A program made the translations under genes and the position numbers. The notes below the pieces were generated by a model that was not told the origin of the DNA, ran no database searches, and was given only the letters and a program-made list of their open reading frames with translations. From Chamaesiphon sp. (GTDB lineage Bacteria > Cyanobacteriota > Cyanobacteriia > Cyanobacteriales > Chamaesiphonaceae), in assembly GCA_965246715.1 (NCBI GenBank), contig CBDFFH010000034.1:64001-128000 (forward strand): a DNA stretch of 64,000 nt, in the 5' to 3' direction. Shown here one piece after another: positions 37,290-47,572 of this stretch (positions within the stretch are counted from its first letter, which is position 1; each line of letters opens with the position of its first letter).

Positions 37290-37634
37290 ATGCAAAAATC
37301 TAATCGAAAGGCTAACTTATTCATAGGATTAGGGGTTGTGGCACTAGCCGTAATTCCATTAATTTTCATCCATGGAGTTGAATTTAAGGGTGCTGACGAT
37401 CGCAGTTCTGCGGGAATTAAAGAGCTTCAACCTAACTATAAACCCTGGTTTAAATCTGTGTTCGAGCCGCAAGGTGCGGAAGTTGAAACCTTTTTATTCG
37501 CGGCTCAAGCAGCGATCGGATCGGGAGTCACTTGTTATATTCTCGGTCTTTACAAAGGACGCACTGAGCGCAGGCAAGAACTCGATCGAGTGGAAAAATC
37601 TTCGCTCGATCGGGTGGATTCGCCGATCGAGTAA
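37290..37634 (+). CDS. cbiN: Cobalt transport protein CbiN
   Basis: F.GADD, YKPWF, EVETFLFAAQAAIGSG. Confidence 0.92.
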   Translation: MQKSNRKANLFIGLGVVALAVIPLIFIHGVEFKGADDRSSAGIKELQPNYKPWFKSVFEPQGAEVETFLFAAQAAIGSGVTCYILGLYKGRTERRQELDRVEKSSLDRVDSPIE

Positions 37635-37991
37635 ATCTCATTCGAGCAAAAATCTATTTCTCGAATGCGGCTTTCCCGATCTATTGGAGAAAATAGTATC
37701 GGTCAATACAAAAATAATTGTCGATCGATCCCATTACCCATTATCCCTTTTAATAAATTGAACCGATTTGGCTTGCGCCAACGCTACGCGAACGTCATAA
37801 ATGCTGGAGAGCTAAGTTAACATTCGCTCGAAAATTGCGAGCGAACGAATGTTTTTCCGAGTAAATTCGCGCTGTCTGGTTAACTATTGGGGTAAGATCT
37901 TTTGCATGTCACTTTACTGACAAATTCAAAATATCGCTAATGATGCAGACTGGGCACGGGGCAAACAGATCGAACCGAGGTAAAACGCAAA

Positions 37992-39656
37992 ATGAGTGAC
38001 GACTTTTCTGCTGAGATCTATGATGCGATCGTCGTCGGATCGGGTGCTAATGGGGGCGTGGCGGCCAAAGAACTCGGCGAACGTGGTTTGAAAGTCCTCG
38101 TGCTAGAGGCAGGGCGAGCGGTCGATCCCCAGGCCGCTCTGGGGCATCCGGTGCAGGATATGGCAAAGCGGTTTTATAACTTGGCGATCTCCCAGCGGCA
38201 GTCATATCAAGCGATGCACCCCGGTTATTGGAAAAATAATCCAGATTTGTTTATTGATGAGAAAGACAATCCCTATACTACACCACCCGATCGACCCTTC
38301 TCGTGGATTCGCGGTCGTCAAGTCGGGGGCAAAAGTCTGACTTGGGGCGGGATTACATTGCGCTTGTCGGATTATGAGTTCAAAGCGGCTAGTCGCGATG
38401 GACACGAGCAAGATTGGCCGATCGAGTATGCCGATTTAGCCCCTTATTATAGTAAGTTGGAGCGGTTCTTTCAGGTGCGCGGCGATCGCGATGGGTTGGC
38501 ACAATTGCCCGATGGGGATTATCAACCGACAATCCCATTGACTCCCGGCGAACTACATCTCAAGCAAGTCGTGGAAACCAAATGGCCCGATCGTAAGTTG
38601 ATCGCTTCGCGGGGGTTTGGATTGCATAAATCCACATTAGCAACAGCTTGGCCGTCGTCTTCCAGTCAGGGTTCTTCACTCCATGTCGCGATCGAGACGG
38701 GGAATGTTACGCTCAAATCTGATGCAGTAGTCAGTCGGGTAATTTTCGATCCTGACACCCGCAAAGCTACTGGGGTAGAATATATCGATCGCATTAACAA
38801 GACCACCCATCGAGTATGCGGGCGTACCATCGTCTTGTGTGCCTCGACTATCGAGTCCGTACGGATTCTGCTCCACTCTACCGAACGTTACCAACCAGGT
38901 GGATTAGTTGACAAATCGGGGCTACTCGGTCGCTTTTTGATGGATCATGTGTCCACTTCCACCTTCTTTTTTATCCCTGGCTTGCAACCACCCGCCAAAC
39001 CCTTCGCTCTTTCTGGTTGCGATAGCTTTTTCATTCCGTGCTTTGTCAATTTAGAGTCCCAAACCGAAGATTTTTTACGCGGCTATGGCATCTGGGGAGG
39101 GGTACAACGCTTCGATTTACCTGGAATCGTGCGGAAAGTGGGGGCAGGATCGATCGGATTTGCGATCGCGCATGGGGAAGTGTTACCCCGCTTCGACAAT
39201 CGGATTCAGTTGAGCGAGGATGTCGTAGACGCATGGGGAATTCCCGTGCCCCATATTGAGTGTGCTTGGTCAGATAACGAACAATCGATGCTAGCACACA
39301 TGCACGCTCAGATCGATGAAACGATCGCTCTAGCTGGCGGTAAACCGATGAAGTTGACGGAGATGTTTCGGATTCCGCTCTTTGGCGAGCTAGTGAGCAA
39401 GATGGAACATACGATGTCTTTTTCGGCTCCTCCAGGCTATTACATCCACGAAGTTGGCGGGGCGCGAATGGGCACTACGGCCACTAATTCAGTCGTGAAC
39501 CCGCATAATCAGTGCTGGGATGCGCCGAATCTATTTGTCACTGATGGTGCCTGTTGGCCCTCTTCTGGATGGCAAAGTCCCACTTTGACGGAGATGGCTG
39601 TTACTGCGCGCGCTTGTGCATTTATCGCTGATGAGATAGGGAAAGGTGGTTGCTAA
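37992..39656 (+). CDS. GMC family oxidoreductase
   Basis: VVGSGANGG, GRQVGGKS..W, WPI.Y, HEVGGARMG, NLFVTDG, PTLT. Confidence 0.92.
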   Translation: MSDDFSAEIYDAIVVGSGANGGVAAKELGERGLKVLVLEAGRAVDPQAALGHPVQDMAKRFYNLAISQRQSYQAMHPGYWKNNPDLFIDEKDNPYTTPPDRPFSWIRGRQVGGKSLTWGGITLRLSDYEFKAASRDGHEQDWPIEYADLAPYYSKLERFFQVRGDRDGLAQLPDGDYQPTIPLTPGELHLKQVVETKWPDRKLIASRGFGLHKSTLATAWPSSSSQGSSLHVAIETGNVTLKSDAVVSRVIFDPDTRKATGVEYIDRINKTTHRVCGRTIVLCASTIESVRILLHSTERYQPGGLVDKSGLLGRFLMDHVSTSTFFFIPGLQPPAKPFALSGCDSFFIPCFVNLESQTEDFLRGYGIWGGVQRFDLPGIVRKVGAGSIGFAIAHGEVLPRFDNRIQLSEDVVDAWGIPVPHIECAWSDNEQSMLAHMHAQIDETIALAGGKPMKLTEMFRIPLFGELVSKMEHTMSFSAPPGYYIHEVGGARMGTTATNSVVNPHNQCWDAPNLFVTDGACWPSSGWQSPTLTEMAVTARACAFIADEIGKGGC

Positions 39657-39851
39657 GAAATTGTTAAATAAAGCCAGTTGCTACCAACATTCTAAGTGGT
39701 TAAAACGACTACTAGTGATGCAAACTCCACCTATACCGACTAGGGATATTCAGTCCGCCTCAGCGATTCAAAATTCAAACTGATTCGGATATCTCGCAAT
39801 TGGTAAAAGCGATCGAGCCAGCGATCGTTTTTATATCTCTTTCAAGATCCA

Positions 39852-40699
39852 AGGGGCGGGTTTATGCGATCGATTATGAGTATTTCTAAAAATCTCGATC
39901 GAACCCACCAATAACCGATCGCATGTTACCATCCACGAATCCTATTAATCGAATCAAACATTATCATCTACATACGATCGAATCCCGTTGGCGTAGCCTA
40001 CCGAAGGTAATCGATATTTGCTCGCAGGGTTGGGTGGGTTCGATCGATCTTTCTGGAGTTTAGCGATGATTATTAGCATAAATCCGCCCCTACAGATCCC
40101 ATGACATGAGATCGAATCATTTAGGTACGATGAAATACAATCCCGATTTCAATCATCGGCAATCAATCAGACTCACCGGATATGACTATTCGACATCTGG
40201 GGCTTATTTTATTACGATTTGTACGCACGAACGTGAATATTTATTCGGTGATGTTGTCAATGAAATAATTCAATTAAATACAGTTGGTGATATTGCCAGA
40301 TCTCATTGGCAGCAATTATCACAGCATCACCCAAATATTATTATGGATGAATCGATCGTGATGCCCAATCATCTACATGGGATTATTATTTTAGAATCAT
40401 CAACAGATAGCACAAAGTCAATCTCAGAAATCATTCGCGGTTTTAAAACATTCTCAGCTAAGGCAATTAATAAGAAACGTTGTTTACGTAGCGTTCCAGT
40501 CTGGCAAAGAAATTATTACGATCGCATCATTAGAAGCGAATTAGAACTCGATCGCATCAGGCAATATATTATCTACAATCCCCGAAATTGGGACACAGAT
40601 AAAAATAATCAAAATCAATCCTCCATCCACACAGATCTGTAGGGGCGGGTTTATGCGATCGATTCCGAATAATTCTCAAAATCTTAACCGAACCTGCCC
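39852..40699. repeat. Three REP-like units flanking the RAYT gene
   Basis: AGGGGCGGGTTTATGCGATCGATT...CGAACC at 39852-39909 and 40634-40699; inverted copy ending GCATAAATCCGCCCCTACAGATC at about 40033-40098. Confidence 0.8.
40130..40642 (+). mobile_element. REP-associated tyrosine (Y1/HUH) transposase, RAYT
   Basis: RQSIRL..YDYS, YFITICT, VMPNHLHGII, WQRNYYDRIIR, YIIYNP. Confidence 0.9.
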
Positions 40700-40820
40700 A
40701 CACACACCAATAACCTAATTGCTATTTATCTCACTATTTAGAACCACGAAGAGTTGACACTTCTAATGAGGCGATCGTAATTTGGCTTGTAACTGCGCTC
40801 TAATAACCACGAACCGTTGC

Positions 40821-41858
40821 TCAATCGCCTTCCTTCAACAGGAAACGGTTGGAAATTGCTTTAAATGACATTCTCCCCATAAGTACGTTGCTGTATGTTT
40901 CTTCGATCGATCGAATCACAATTCCTTCCCGCTCATTGCTGGTATTGGGGTATTTGCCCTCAGCCAACGCCAATAATGATGTTTGGTTGTGGGCGAATTC
41001 CTTGCCAGTTTCTACGACTTCCGTAGACGTTAAACCGTTATTTATAATAAATTTATGCGCCGCTGCATGAGCTAAATAACACGCGTTTTCAATATCGTAG
41101 ATGTTGAAGACAAACAGTGAAATTTCTTTTAATCCCAAGCGATTCTTTTGAATTCCAGGGCCACAAATTTCGCCTTGGATGGCAAGGTGAGGCGATTGCC
41201 GCAAGATTGCTTCGACGCCGTATTTTTCAGCCACCCGCCAGTAATAATTACCACCAGCTTCGAGTGAATAATTGCGTCCGCAAGCATGAAACTCGCCATC
41301 GCGCGGATCGATACAAAATGTGGACGAGGTGCCGTCATATTTCAACGTGATGATGTAAGGCAAACCTTTTAATTCATCGATTACTTCCGGTACGCTCTGA
41401 ATCCGCATCTCATCGGTTTTGGGGATAAAGCCAGGAAAGTTTGCCCGAAACCCACCCATGTTTGGCGGTGCGGGTGGCTCGTATTTAACAACACCCAACA
41501 GTTCGGTGACATCATCGCCAGCACTGGCTGCTGCCATTTTCAATTCCAGTGAATCAATGGGGAGTAGCAACCCTTGAGAAAGTGCGCCGCGTAGTTTCAT
41601 CGTCCGAATCCGAAACTTGTCAGGACGGATGCATTCATCTCCTGATTCAGCAGTTTTCGATCGCCATAAAAAGCGAAATACTTCGATATCTGGCGGTACG
41701 GCATCGATTTCGAGGAAGACACCGAGGCTACCTGGCGCAAATTCACCTTTTTTGACGACACATTGCCAACCGTTAATTCGCGCGAGTTCGATCGCATCGG
41801 CATTCGCGATTGGTAGAATTTCAAGTACCCTCTGGATACTAGCTAATTTCCGTTGCAT
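40821..41858 (-). CDS. ATP-dependent RNA ligase, DRB0094/Rnl2-like family
   Basis: MQRKLASI, LRG.LSQGL, PKTDE.RIQ, KYDGTS, QGEICGPGIQKN, REGIV, SFKAIS. Confidence 0.88.
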   Translation of the reverse strand: MQRKLASIQRVLEILPIANADAIELARINGWQCVVKKGEFAPGSLGVFLEIDAVPPDIEVFRFLWRSKTAESGDECIRPDKFRIRTMKLRGALSQGLLLPIDSLELKMAAASAGDDVTELLGVVKYEPPAPPNMGGFRANFPGFIPKTDEMRIQSVPEVIDELKGLPYIITLKYDGTSSTFCIDPRDGEFHACGRNYSLEAGGNYYWRVAEKYGVEAILRQSPHLAIQGEICGPGIQKNRLGLKEISLFVFNIYDIENACYLAHAAAHKFIINNGLTSTEVVETGKEFAHNQTSLLALAEGKYPNTSNEREGIVIRSIEETYSNVLMGRMSFKAISNRFLLKEGD

Positions 41859-42020
41859 TGTTCTTGGTGCTAGCTATTTTTGTGATTAGTGTAACTACAG
41901 CATCGCTCTTGCTAATTCCAGTAACTAAGTTGAGAATCGCCGACGGATCTTTGAAGAGCGGATTAATGTAGACGATTTATGGTAGGATCGCTTCGCCATC
42001 ACAACCTGTTTGTAGATATT

Positions 42021-43166
42021 ATGTCCGTTTCTACGGTATTGCCTGCGCTACTCGTCCTAGCTGATGGGACGACCTACTCTGGTCACTCCTTTGGAGCGAT
42101 GGGTACGACCATTGGAGAGGTTGTATTCAATACTGGGATGACTGGCTATCAGGAAGTACTTACCGATCCTAGTTATAGCGGTCAAATCGTCGTGTTTACC
42201 TATCCAGAATTAGGTAATACAGGTGTCAACCCCGATGATGAGGAATCCCAATTCCCCCAAATTAAAGGGGCGATCGCGCGAAATATTTGTTATCGTCCCA
42301 GTAACTGGCGATCGACGGCTTCTTTACCTAAGTATCTCCAGCATCACAATGTTCCGGGGATCTATGGGATCGATACTCGTGCGCTGACCCGAAAATTGCG
42401 ATCGAGTGGAGCGATGAATGGAGCGATCTCGACTGAAATTCTCGATCCGGCGGAATTACTCAATTTGGTGCGTTCTGCGCCAGATATGACAGGACTGAAC
42501 CTAGTCGATAATGTCACGACGGCGGAAGTCTACGAGTGGTCGGAACCCAGCGAAGCCATGTGGGAATTTAAGCCCGAGTCTAGCTCTACCGAGACATTTA
42601 CTGTTGTCGCACTAGACTTTGGAGTCAAACGCAATATCCTGCGGCGGTTGGCTAGTTATGGGTGTCGAGTCATCGTCGTCCCTGCGGATACCTCAGCTGC
42701 AGCAATTCTCAGCCACAATCCTGATGGGATCTTCCTTTCTAATGGCCCTGGCGACCCCGCCGCCGTGCTGGGAGGTATTGCGACTACTAAAGAGTTATTG
42801 GGCGCTAACAAGCCGATTTTTGGCATTTGTATGGGTCATCAAATCCTGGGATTATCCATGGGGGCTGAAACCTTCAAGCTTAAATTCGGTCATCGCGGTT
42901 TAAATCAACCCGCAGGTTTGACCCAGACTGTGGAAATCACTAGTCAAAATCATGGGTTTGCGATTACCGCCGCATCTTTAGGTGCCGATGTCGAGATTAC
43001 TCATCTCAATTTAAACGATCGGACGATCGCGGGGATGCAACATAAAACTCTGCCATGCTTCTCAGTACAGTACCACCCAGAAGCGAGTCCTGGCCCCCAT
43101 GATGCTGATTATCTGTTTGCCAGATTTGTCGATCGGATGCGGACGGCTAAAGGTCAGATAGCTTGA
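42021..43166 (+). CDS. carA: Carbamoyl-phosphate synthase small subunit
   Basis: [40 protein letters not shown]. Confidence 0.97.
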   Translation: MSVSTVLPALLVLADGTTYSGHSFGAMGTTIGEVVFNTGMTGYQEVLTDPSYSGQIVVFTYPELGNTGVNPDDEESQFPQIKGAIARNICYRPSNWRSTASLPKYLQHHNVPGIYGIDTRALTRKLRSSGAMNGAISTEILDPAELLNLVRSAPDMTGLNLVDNVTTAEVYEWSEPSEAMWEFKPESSSTETFTVVALDFGVKRNILRRLASYGCRVIVVPADTSAAAILSHNPDGIFLSNGPGDPAAVLGGIATTKELLGANKPIFGICMGHQILGLSMGAETFKLKFGHRGLNQPAGLTQTVEITSQNHGFAITAASLGADVEITHLNLNDRTIAGMQHKTLPCFSVQYHPEASPGPHDADYLFARFVDRMRTAKGQIA

Positions 43167-43322
43167 TGAACTGTCGCTCGAATCCTTACTCCCGCTCTCC
43201 TAATCCCCCATCCCCCAAAGTAAAGTTGACAAGATCCCCGTAATTTGTGATAAATCCAGAGTATCGTTCTAGAGCGATCGCAAACTAAATAATTCATTTA
43301 AGCAAAGTTTAAGGAGGCTATT

Positions 43323-43691
43323 ATCGCTGAACCACTAACCCTAACCGTGAGTCTGCGAGGCACTCGCGAAATAAGAGAAAACTATCAACTCTTCCGCCTC
43401 ACTGGTCTGATGGACGCATTTTCCGAACCAACTTTTAAAAAGGTGATGGATAAATGCGTTGAAGAAGGCCCCAAAAATCTGATTTTGGATCTGTCGAAAA
43501 TTGATTTTGTCGATAGTTCTGGACTCGGTGCCTTGGTGCAGCTGGTCAAAAAAGCTCAGGGTGTCGAAGGCACCGTGCAAATTGTCACTAATGCGCGAGT
43601 GACACAGACCGTCAAACTCGTCCGCCTGGAACAGTTCCTGTCACTGCAAACATCTGTCGATGCTGCTGTCGCCAAAATCGATCCAGCGTAA
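43323..43691 (+). CDS. STAS-domain anti-sigma factor antagonist (start possibly ATC 43323; ORF track GTG 43347)
   Basis: LDLSKIDFVDSSGLGALV; AGGAGG 5 nt before in-frame ATC. Confidence 0.85.
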   Translation: MAEPLTLTVSLRGTREIRENYQLFRLTGLMDAFSEPTFKKVMDKCVEEGPKNLILDLSKIDFVDSSGLGALVQLVKKAQGVEGTVQIVTNARVTQTVKLVRLEQFLSLQTSVDAAVAKIDPA

Positions 43692-43898
43692 GTGCTGAGG
43701 ATGGGTCACGGGTTAGAGGATGATGAAGATTGGGAATCCGAAGAAAGAGACAACAGATCTCCCCCTCCCCCGCTCTCCCCCTCTTCCTGTCCCCACTCTC
43801 CAAAATTAATGTCGAAATATATGAATTTGTACCAGTTTTGAGAAATATTGATAAAATTAGAAGGCTAAATCAAAGTTTTCTAGTTACTAGCGATCGCT

Positions 43899-44330
43899 GT
43901 GGGTGAATCCGAGCTACCATCCAGCTGGCAACAGCTCAACCCTCTCATCCCCCCAGATCGAGTGCCGCAACTGTCACCAGCAGCCCTAGCATATTTGGGA
44001 GACGCTGTGTACGAACTACACGTTCGCAGTAAATTTTTGATGCCGCCCAAGCGATCTCATGTCTATCATCAACAAGTTGTCGCTCAAGTCAGAGCAGAAG
44101 CGCAATCTAGCAATTTGAAACTACTTCTACCACATCTGACATCCGCCGAATTGGATGTATCGCGCCGAGGACGAAATGCAGCGAGTGGTCGTCCGCGTCG
44201 CCTCGATCCCGAAATTTATCAGCAAGCTACCAGCTTTGAGACTTTAATCGGTTATCTTTACATTACCAATCCCCAACGGCTCGCGCAGTTACTCGCCCTG
44301 CTCCAATTCGATCCGACTCCATCCTCCTAA
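43899..44330 (+). CDS. mrnC: Mini-ribonuclease III
   Basis: LAYLGDAVYEL, RRGRNA, Y.QATSFETLIGYLY; upstream of rlmB. Confidence 0.9.
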   Translation: MGESELPSSWQQLNPLIPPDRVPQLSPAALAYLGDAVYELHVRSKFLMPPKRSHVYHQQVVAQVRAEAQSSNLKLLLPHLTSAELDVSRRGRNAASGRPRRLDPEIYQQATSFETLIGYLYITNPQRLAQLLALLQFDPTPSS

Positions 44331-44347
44331 TTTTTTAGCTAACATAT

Positions 44348-45817
44348 ATGACATTTAAACCTCGTCGCTCCGGCGCTGGTAAACCTTCGCCGCGCCAAGG
44401 AGATCGAGATCGATCGGGCAGTGGGGAACGCGATTTTCGCCCCAGCCGCAGTCAAGACAACAGAAGTAGTTTCGACAAACCCAGTCGCCGTGACGATGCA
44501 CCGCGCCGCAGCGAAGGTGGAAGTTCGGGTTATCAGGGTCGTGACGATCGCCGTCCGAGTAGTGACAGTAACGGCGAACGCAGCCGTCCGCCTCGGAATA
44601 CCGATGGCGCAAGGAATTTCGATCGCGATCGCAGTTACCGTCCTCACAATGGTGAAGGCGGCGCTAATTTCGACAGACCGAAACCGAGTGTAGGCGATCG
44701 GGGTGCAAAACCCCGCACAGACAAGCCCGATTGGGGTGTGCCTCGTCCTGGTAAGCCTAGTACATTTTCACCGCGTACAGATAGCTATAAGCCCCGCCGA
44801 GATGACGCTGGTGGCGATAGTCGTGGGAGTTATCGACCCGATCGCGGGCGGGATGCTAAGCCTAGTTTCAATCGCGACGATAGTTCATCGTCTTTTGGTA
44901 GCAAACGCGACTTTAATCGCAGCGACAGACCTGGATTCAATCGCGATGACAAATCTTCATCCTTTGGGGAGCGCCGTTCGGGTACATACGATCGGAATAA
45001 TCGCGGTGGTTGGCAAGATCGTCCCGATCCCGAAGTCACCGAGGAAGAAGTCACTGATTATCTGTATGGGAAGCACTCTGTCTTCACCGCGATCGAAAAC
45101 GAACGCCAAATCAATCGGATTTGGGTACTCGCCAAACTCCGTCATCATCCCGCATTTTTTACCCTCATCGCCCAAGCCAAAGCCAATGGTACCGTCGTCG
45201 ATGAAGTGGATGCCCAAAGACTGGGATATCTTGCCAATGGGGGCAATCACCAGGGAATCGTCGCACAAGTCGCACCCCATGACTATATCGAACTCGAAGA
45301 ATTGATCGAGCGCGCCAAAGCCGCATCTGAATATCCAACGATCGTGGTCTTGGATGGCATCACCGATCCCCAAAATCTCGGATCGATCGTCAGAAGCGCT
45401 GAAGCTCTTGGCGCTCATGGGGTAGTCATTCCCCAACGTCGTGCTGTCGGGATCACCTCCACTGTCTTAAAAGTGGCCGCTGGCGCATTAGAGCATCTGC
45501 CCGTCTCGCGGGTCGTCAACCTCAGCCGAGCTTTATCACAACTTAAAGAAGCTGGATTCTGGATTTATGGCACAACTGCTGAAGCCGAAGTAGCAATCTA
45601 TAGCGTTGATTTTACCGATCGCCGTCCGATCGTCCTCGCGATCGGCTCTGAAGGAGAAGGTCTGAGCTTACTGACGCAGAAGGGTTGCGACCATTTGGTC
45701 TCGATCCCCTTGACAGGTAAAACCCCAAGCCTGAATGCTGCCAATGCCGCATCGATGTGCTTGTATGAAATATCCCGTCAGCGTCTGTCAAATACGTTAC
45801 GACTATCTGAGCGGTAA
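44348..45817 (+). CDS. rlmB: 23S rRNA Gm2251 methyltransferase RlmB with long low-complexity N-terminus
   Basis: [39 protein letters not shown]. Confidence 0.93.
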   Translation: MTFKPRRSGAGKPSPRQGDRDRSGSGERDFRPSRSQDNRSSFDKPSRRDDAPRRSEGGSSGYQGRDDRRPSSDSNGERSRPPRNTDGARNFDRDRSYRPHNGEGGANFDRPKPSVGDRGAKPRTDKPDWGVPRPGKPSTFSPRTDSYKPRRDDAGGDSRGSYRPDRGRDAKPSFNRDDSSSSFGSKRDFNRSDRPGFNRDDKSSSFGERRSGTYDRNNRGGWQDRPDPEVTEEEVTDYLYGKHSVFTAIENERQINRIWVLAKLRHHPAFFTLIAQAKANGTVVDEVDAQRLGYLANGGNHQGIVAQVAPHDYIELEELIERAKAASEYPTIVVLDGITDPQNLGSIVRSAEALGAHGVVIPQRRAVGITSTVLKVAAGALEHLPVSRVVNLSRALSQLKEAGFWIYGTTAEAEVAIYSVDFTDRRPIVLAIGSEGEGLSLLTQKGCDHLVSIPLTGKTPSLNAANAASMCLYEISRQRLSNTLRLSER

Positions 45818-45914
45818 GCAAGTATTTTGGGATTATTTAAGATCTCTGGCTTAATAAATCTTCAATTTCTTCAGTCATTAATCAACCTCTTTGGAATCAG
45901 CGGAATCTAAACCA

Positions 45915-46208
45915 ATGAATATTCAGGATATTTGGAGCAGCGCTCTCCATCTCGTCGGTCAAGCTTGGTGGGTAGAAATTACGACAGAACGACCACACTG
46001 CACGTATTATTTTGGGCCATTCGCGACCGCTGTAGAAGCTGATGAAGCTAAAGCTGGTTATGTTGAGGACTTGGAAGGCGAACTAGCTCAGGGTATCCAA
46101 GTAGCAATCAAACGCTGCAAGCCTACCCAAATCACGATCGAGCATGAAGAAGCAGTTCAAGATAACTACAGTCAAAGCAAAACTTCAATGAGCGGTCAAT
46201 TAGGTTGA
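45915..46208 (+). CDS. DUF1816 family protein
   Basis: AWWVEITT..P.CTYYFGPF, GYVEDL, IKRCKP. Confidence 0.85.
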   Translation: MNIQDIWSSALHLVGQAWWVEITTERPHCTYYFGPFATAVEADEAKAGYVEDLEGELAQGIQVAIKRCKPTQITIEHEEAVQDNYSQSKTSMSGQLG

Positions 46209-46234
46209 GGCAGAATCGCAACCCCACCAACTTT

Positions 46235-46262
46235 GTAGAGACACCCGGTGGGTCGTCTCTAC
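46235..46262. repeat. REP-like hairpin between convergent genes
   Basis: GTAGAGACACCCGGTGGGTCGTCTCTAC. Confidence 0.6.
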
Positions 46263-46471
46263 GATTCCTAAAATAACTCTAGTTCGATCCCCGCCTCAAC
46301 TTGAGTCAATCCCAAACCATAGCGCAAGAATAATAACCGATCGGCTGCTATTTATTTTCCGAAATTCGATCGAGCCGCACCTTTTTTCCCTTTGAAAATA
46401 GGATACGAGCGCGGAAAGTCGTCATCGAGCCTCTCCTGATATCAGTAGCACCCATACCTAAACCACACACA

Positions 46472-47428
46472 CTAGTCATAGGTTTGCTCATTTACTTCAG
46501 TAACATTGAAGAGTGGTGGAGAATCGCTTCTAGTTCTAAATTTTCGGGTGAACTTTTTATTGTCCGTTCCGATCGTGAAAGACCGATCGGCAAGTTGATA
46601 GTTGACTGGTGACTTATCGATTCTGGCTCCAACAATACTAACAACTTGCGGTTGAAGTTTTAGCAATGTCTGAATTGGAATCCCTAAATTAAATCCTGTT
46701 TTCGGGGGATTTTCCCCATTAATAGTTTCTGTCTCTGAAGCTCGATTGTCGAGATCGCCTCGTCCGTGAATAGCTACAATTCTACCAGCCGCATCCATGA
46801 CAGGACCACCACTCATTCCTGCTCTAGTGATATTGGTGTAATACATCTCATAACCATCGTCCGCTATTTGAGGATTACCATTACTTGATTCTAATCTTGA
46901 AGAAACCATCCCACCAGTAAATTGGAACGCAATTCTCGTAATTGCCATACCAGGTTTAGGGAAACCAGCAACATAGACAGGGCTGCCTTCATCTGCATAT
47001 TCTGAGTTCCCAAGCGTCCCAACCTGAAAAGTATCACTACTTTCAAAGAAAATTTCTGCTAGATCGACACTGGGAATTATTTTAATATTTTTGCTTTCTA
47101 CATTAATTGAAATCCTTTTTCTTTCGCCCGAACTATTAATCGGGATCGGTGTAATAATCTTATAATTAGTATCGTCTCTGATAACATGTGCTGCGGTCAA
47201 GACTGTATAAACATTCTTGCGTCCGCGTTCGACCCGACCGATAATTACACCAGAACCAAAACCTCCTTCGGCTGATTCAATTCTGACTACAGTTTTTTTG
47301 GCGATCGAGCCGACTTCTCTTGCCAAAATTGCTCTAGCTTCCCGACGGGCAGCATCAGATTGAGGCGGAGCGATTAGTACGGTAGTAATTGTCAAACAAA
47401 TGGGGATGAAATAACGGTTGAAGAACAT
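46472..47428 (-). CDS. Exported trypsin-like serine protease
   Basis: GSGVII, LTAAHV, VDLA, GMSGGPV, VAIHG; signal peptide from ATG 47428. Confidence 0.88.
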   Translation of the reverse strand: MFFNRYFIPICLTITTVLIAPPQSDAARREARAILAREVGSIAKKTVVRIESAEGGFGSGVIIGRVERGRKNVYTVLTAAHVIRDDTNYKIITPIPINSSGERKRISINVESKNIKIIPSVDLAEIFFESSDTFQVGTLGNSEYADEGSPVYVAGFPKPGMAITRIAFQFTGGMVSSRLESSNGNPQIADDGYEMYYTNITRAGMSGGPVMDAAGRIVAIHGRGDLDNRASETETINGENPPKTGFNLGIPIQTLLKLQPQVVSIVGARIDKSPVNYQLADRSFTIGTDNKKFTRKFRTRSDSPPLFNVTEVNEQTYD

Positions 47429-47572
47429 AAATGATAAATGATAGATAGATGATTTAAGTTGACTGTTGCCGATCGCGATCTGGACAGACAAGTCGAGATC
47501 TACTCATACAGTTGGACTTTGATATTTTCCAGAATCTAAGCATTAGACAAGGCAAAAACGATCGACTCGGTG

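Noticed and set aside
43760..43800. C/T-rich short tandem tract (also heptamer-like runs near 35540 and 63770)
   Set aside because: Typical cyanobacterial short tandem repeats with no specific function evident
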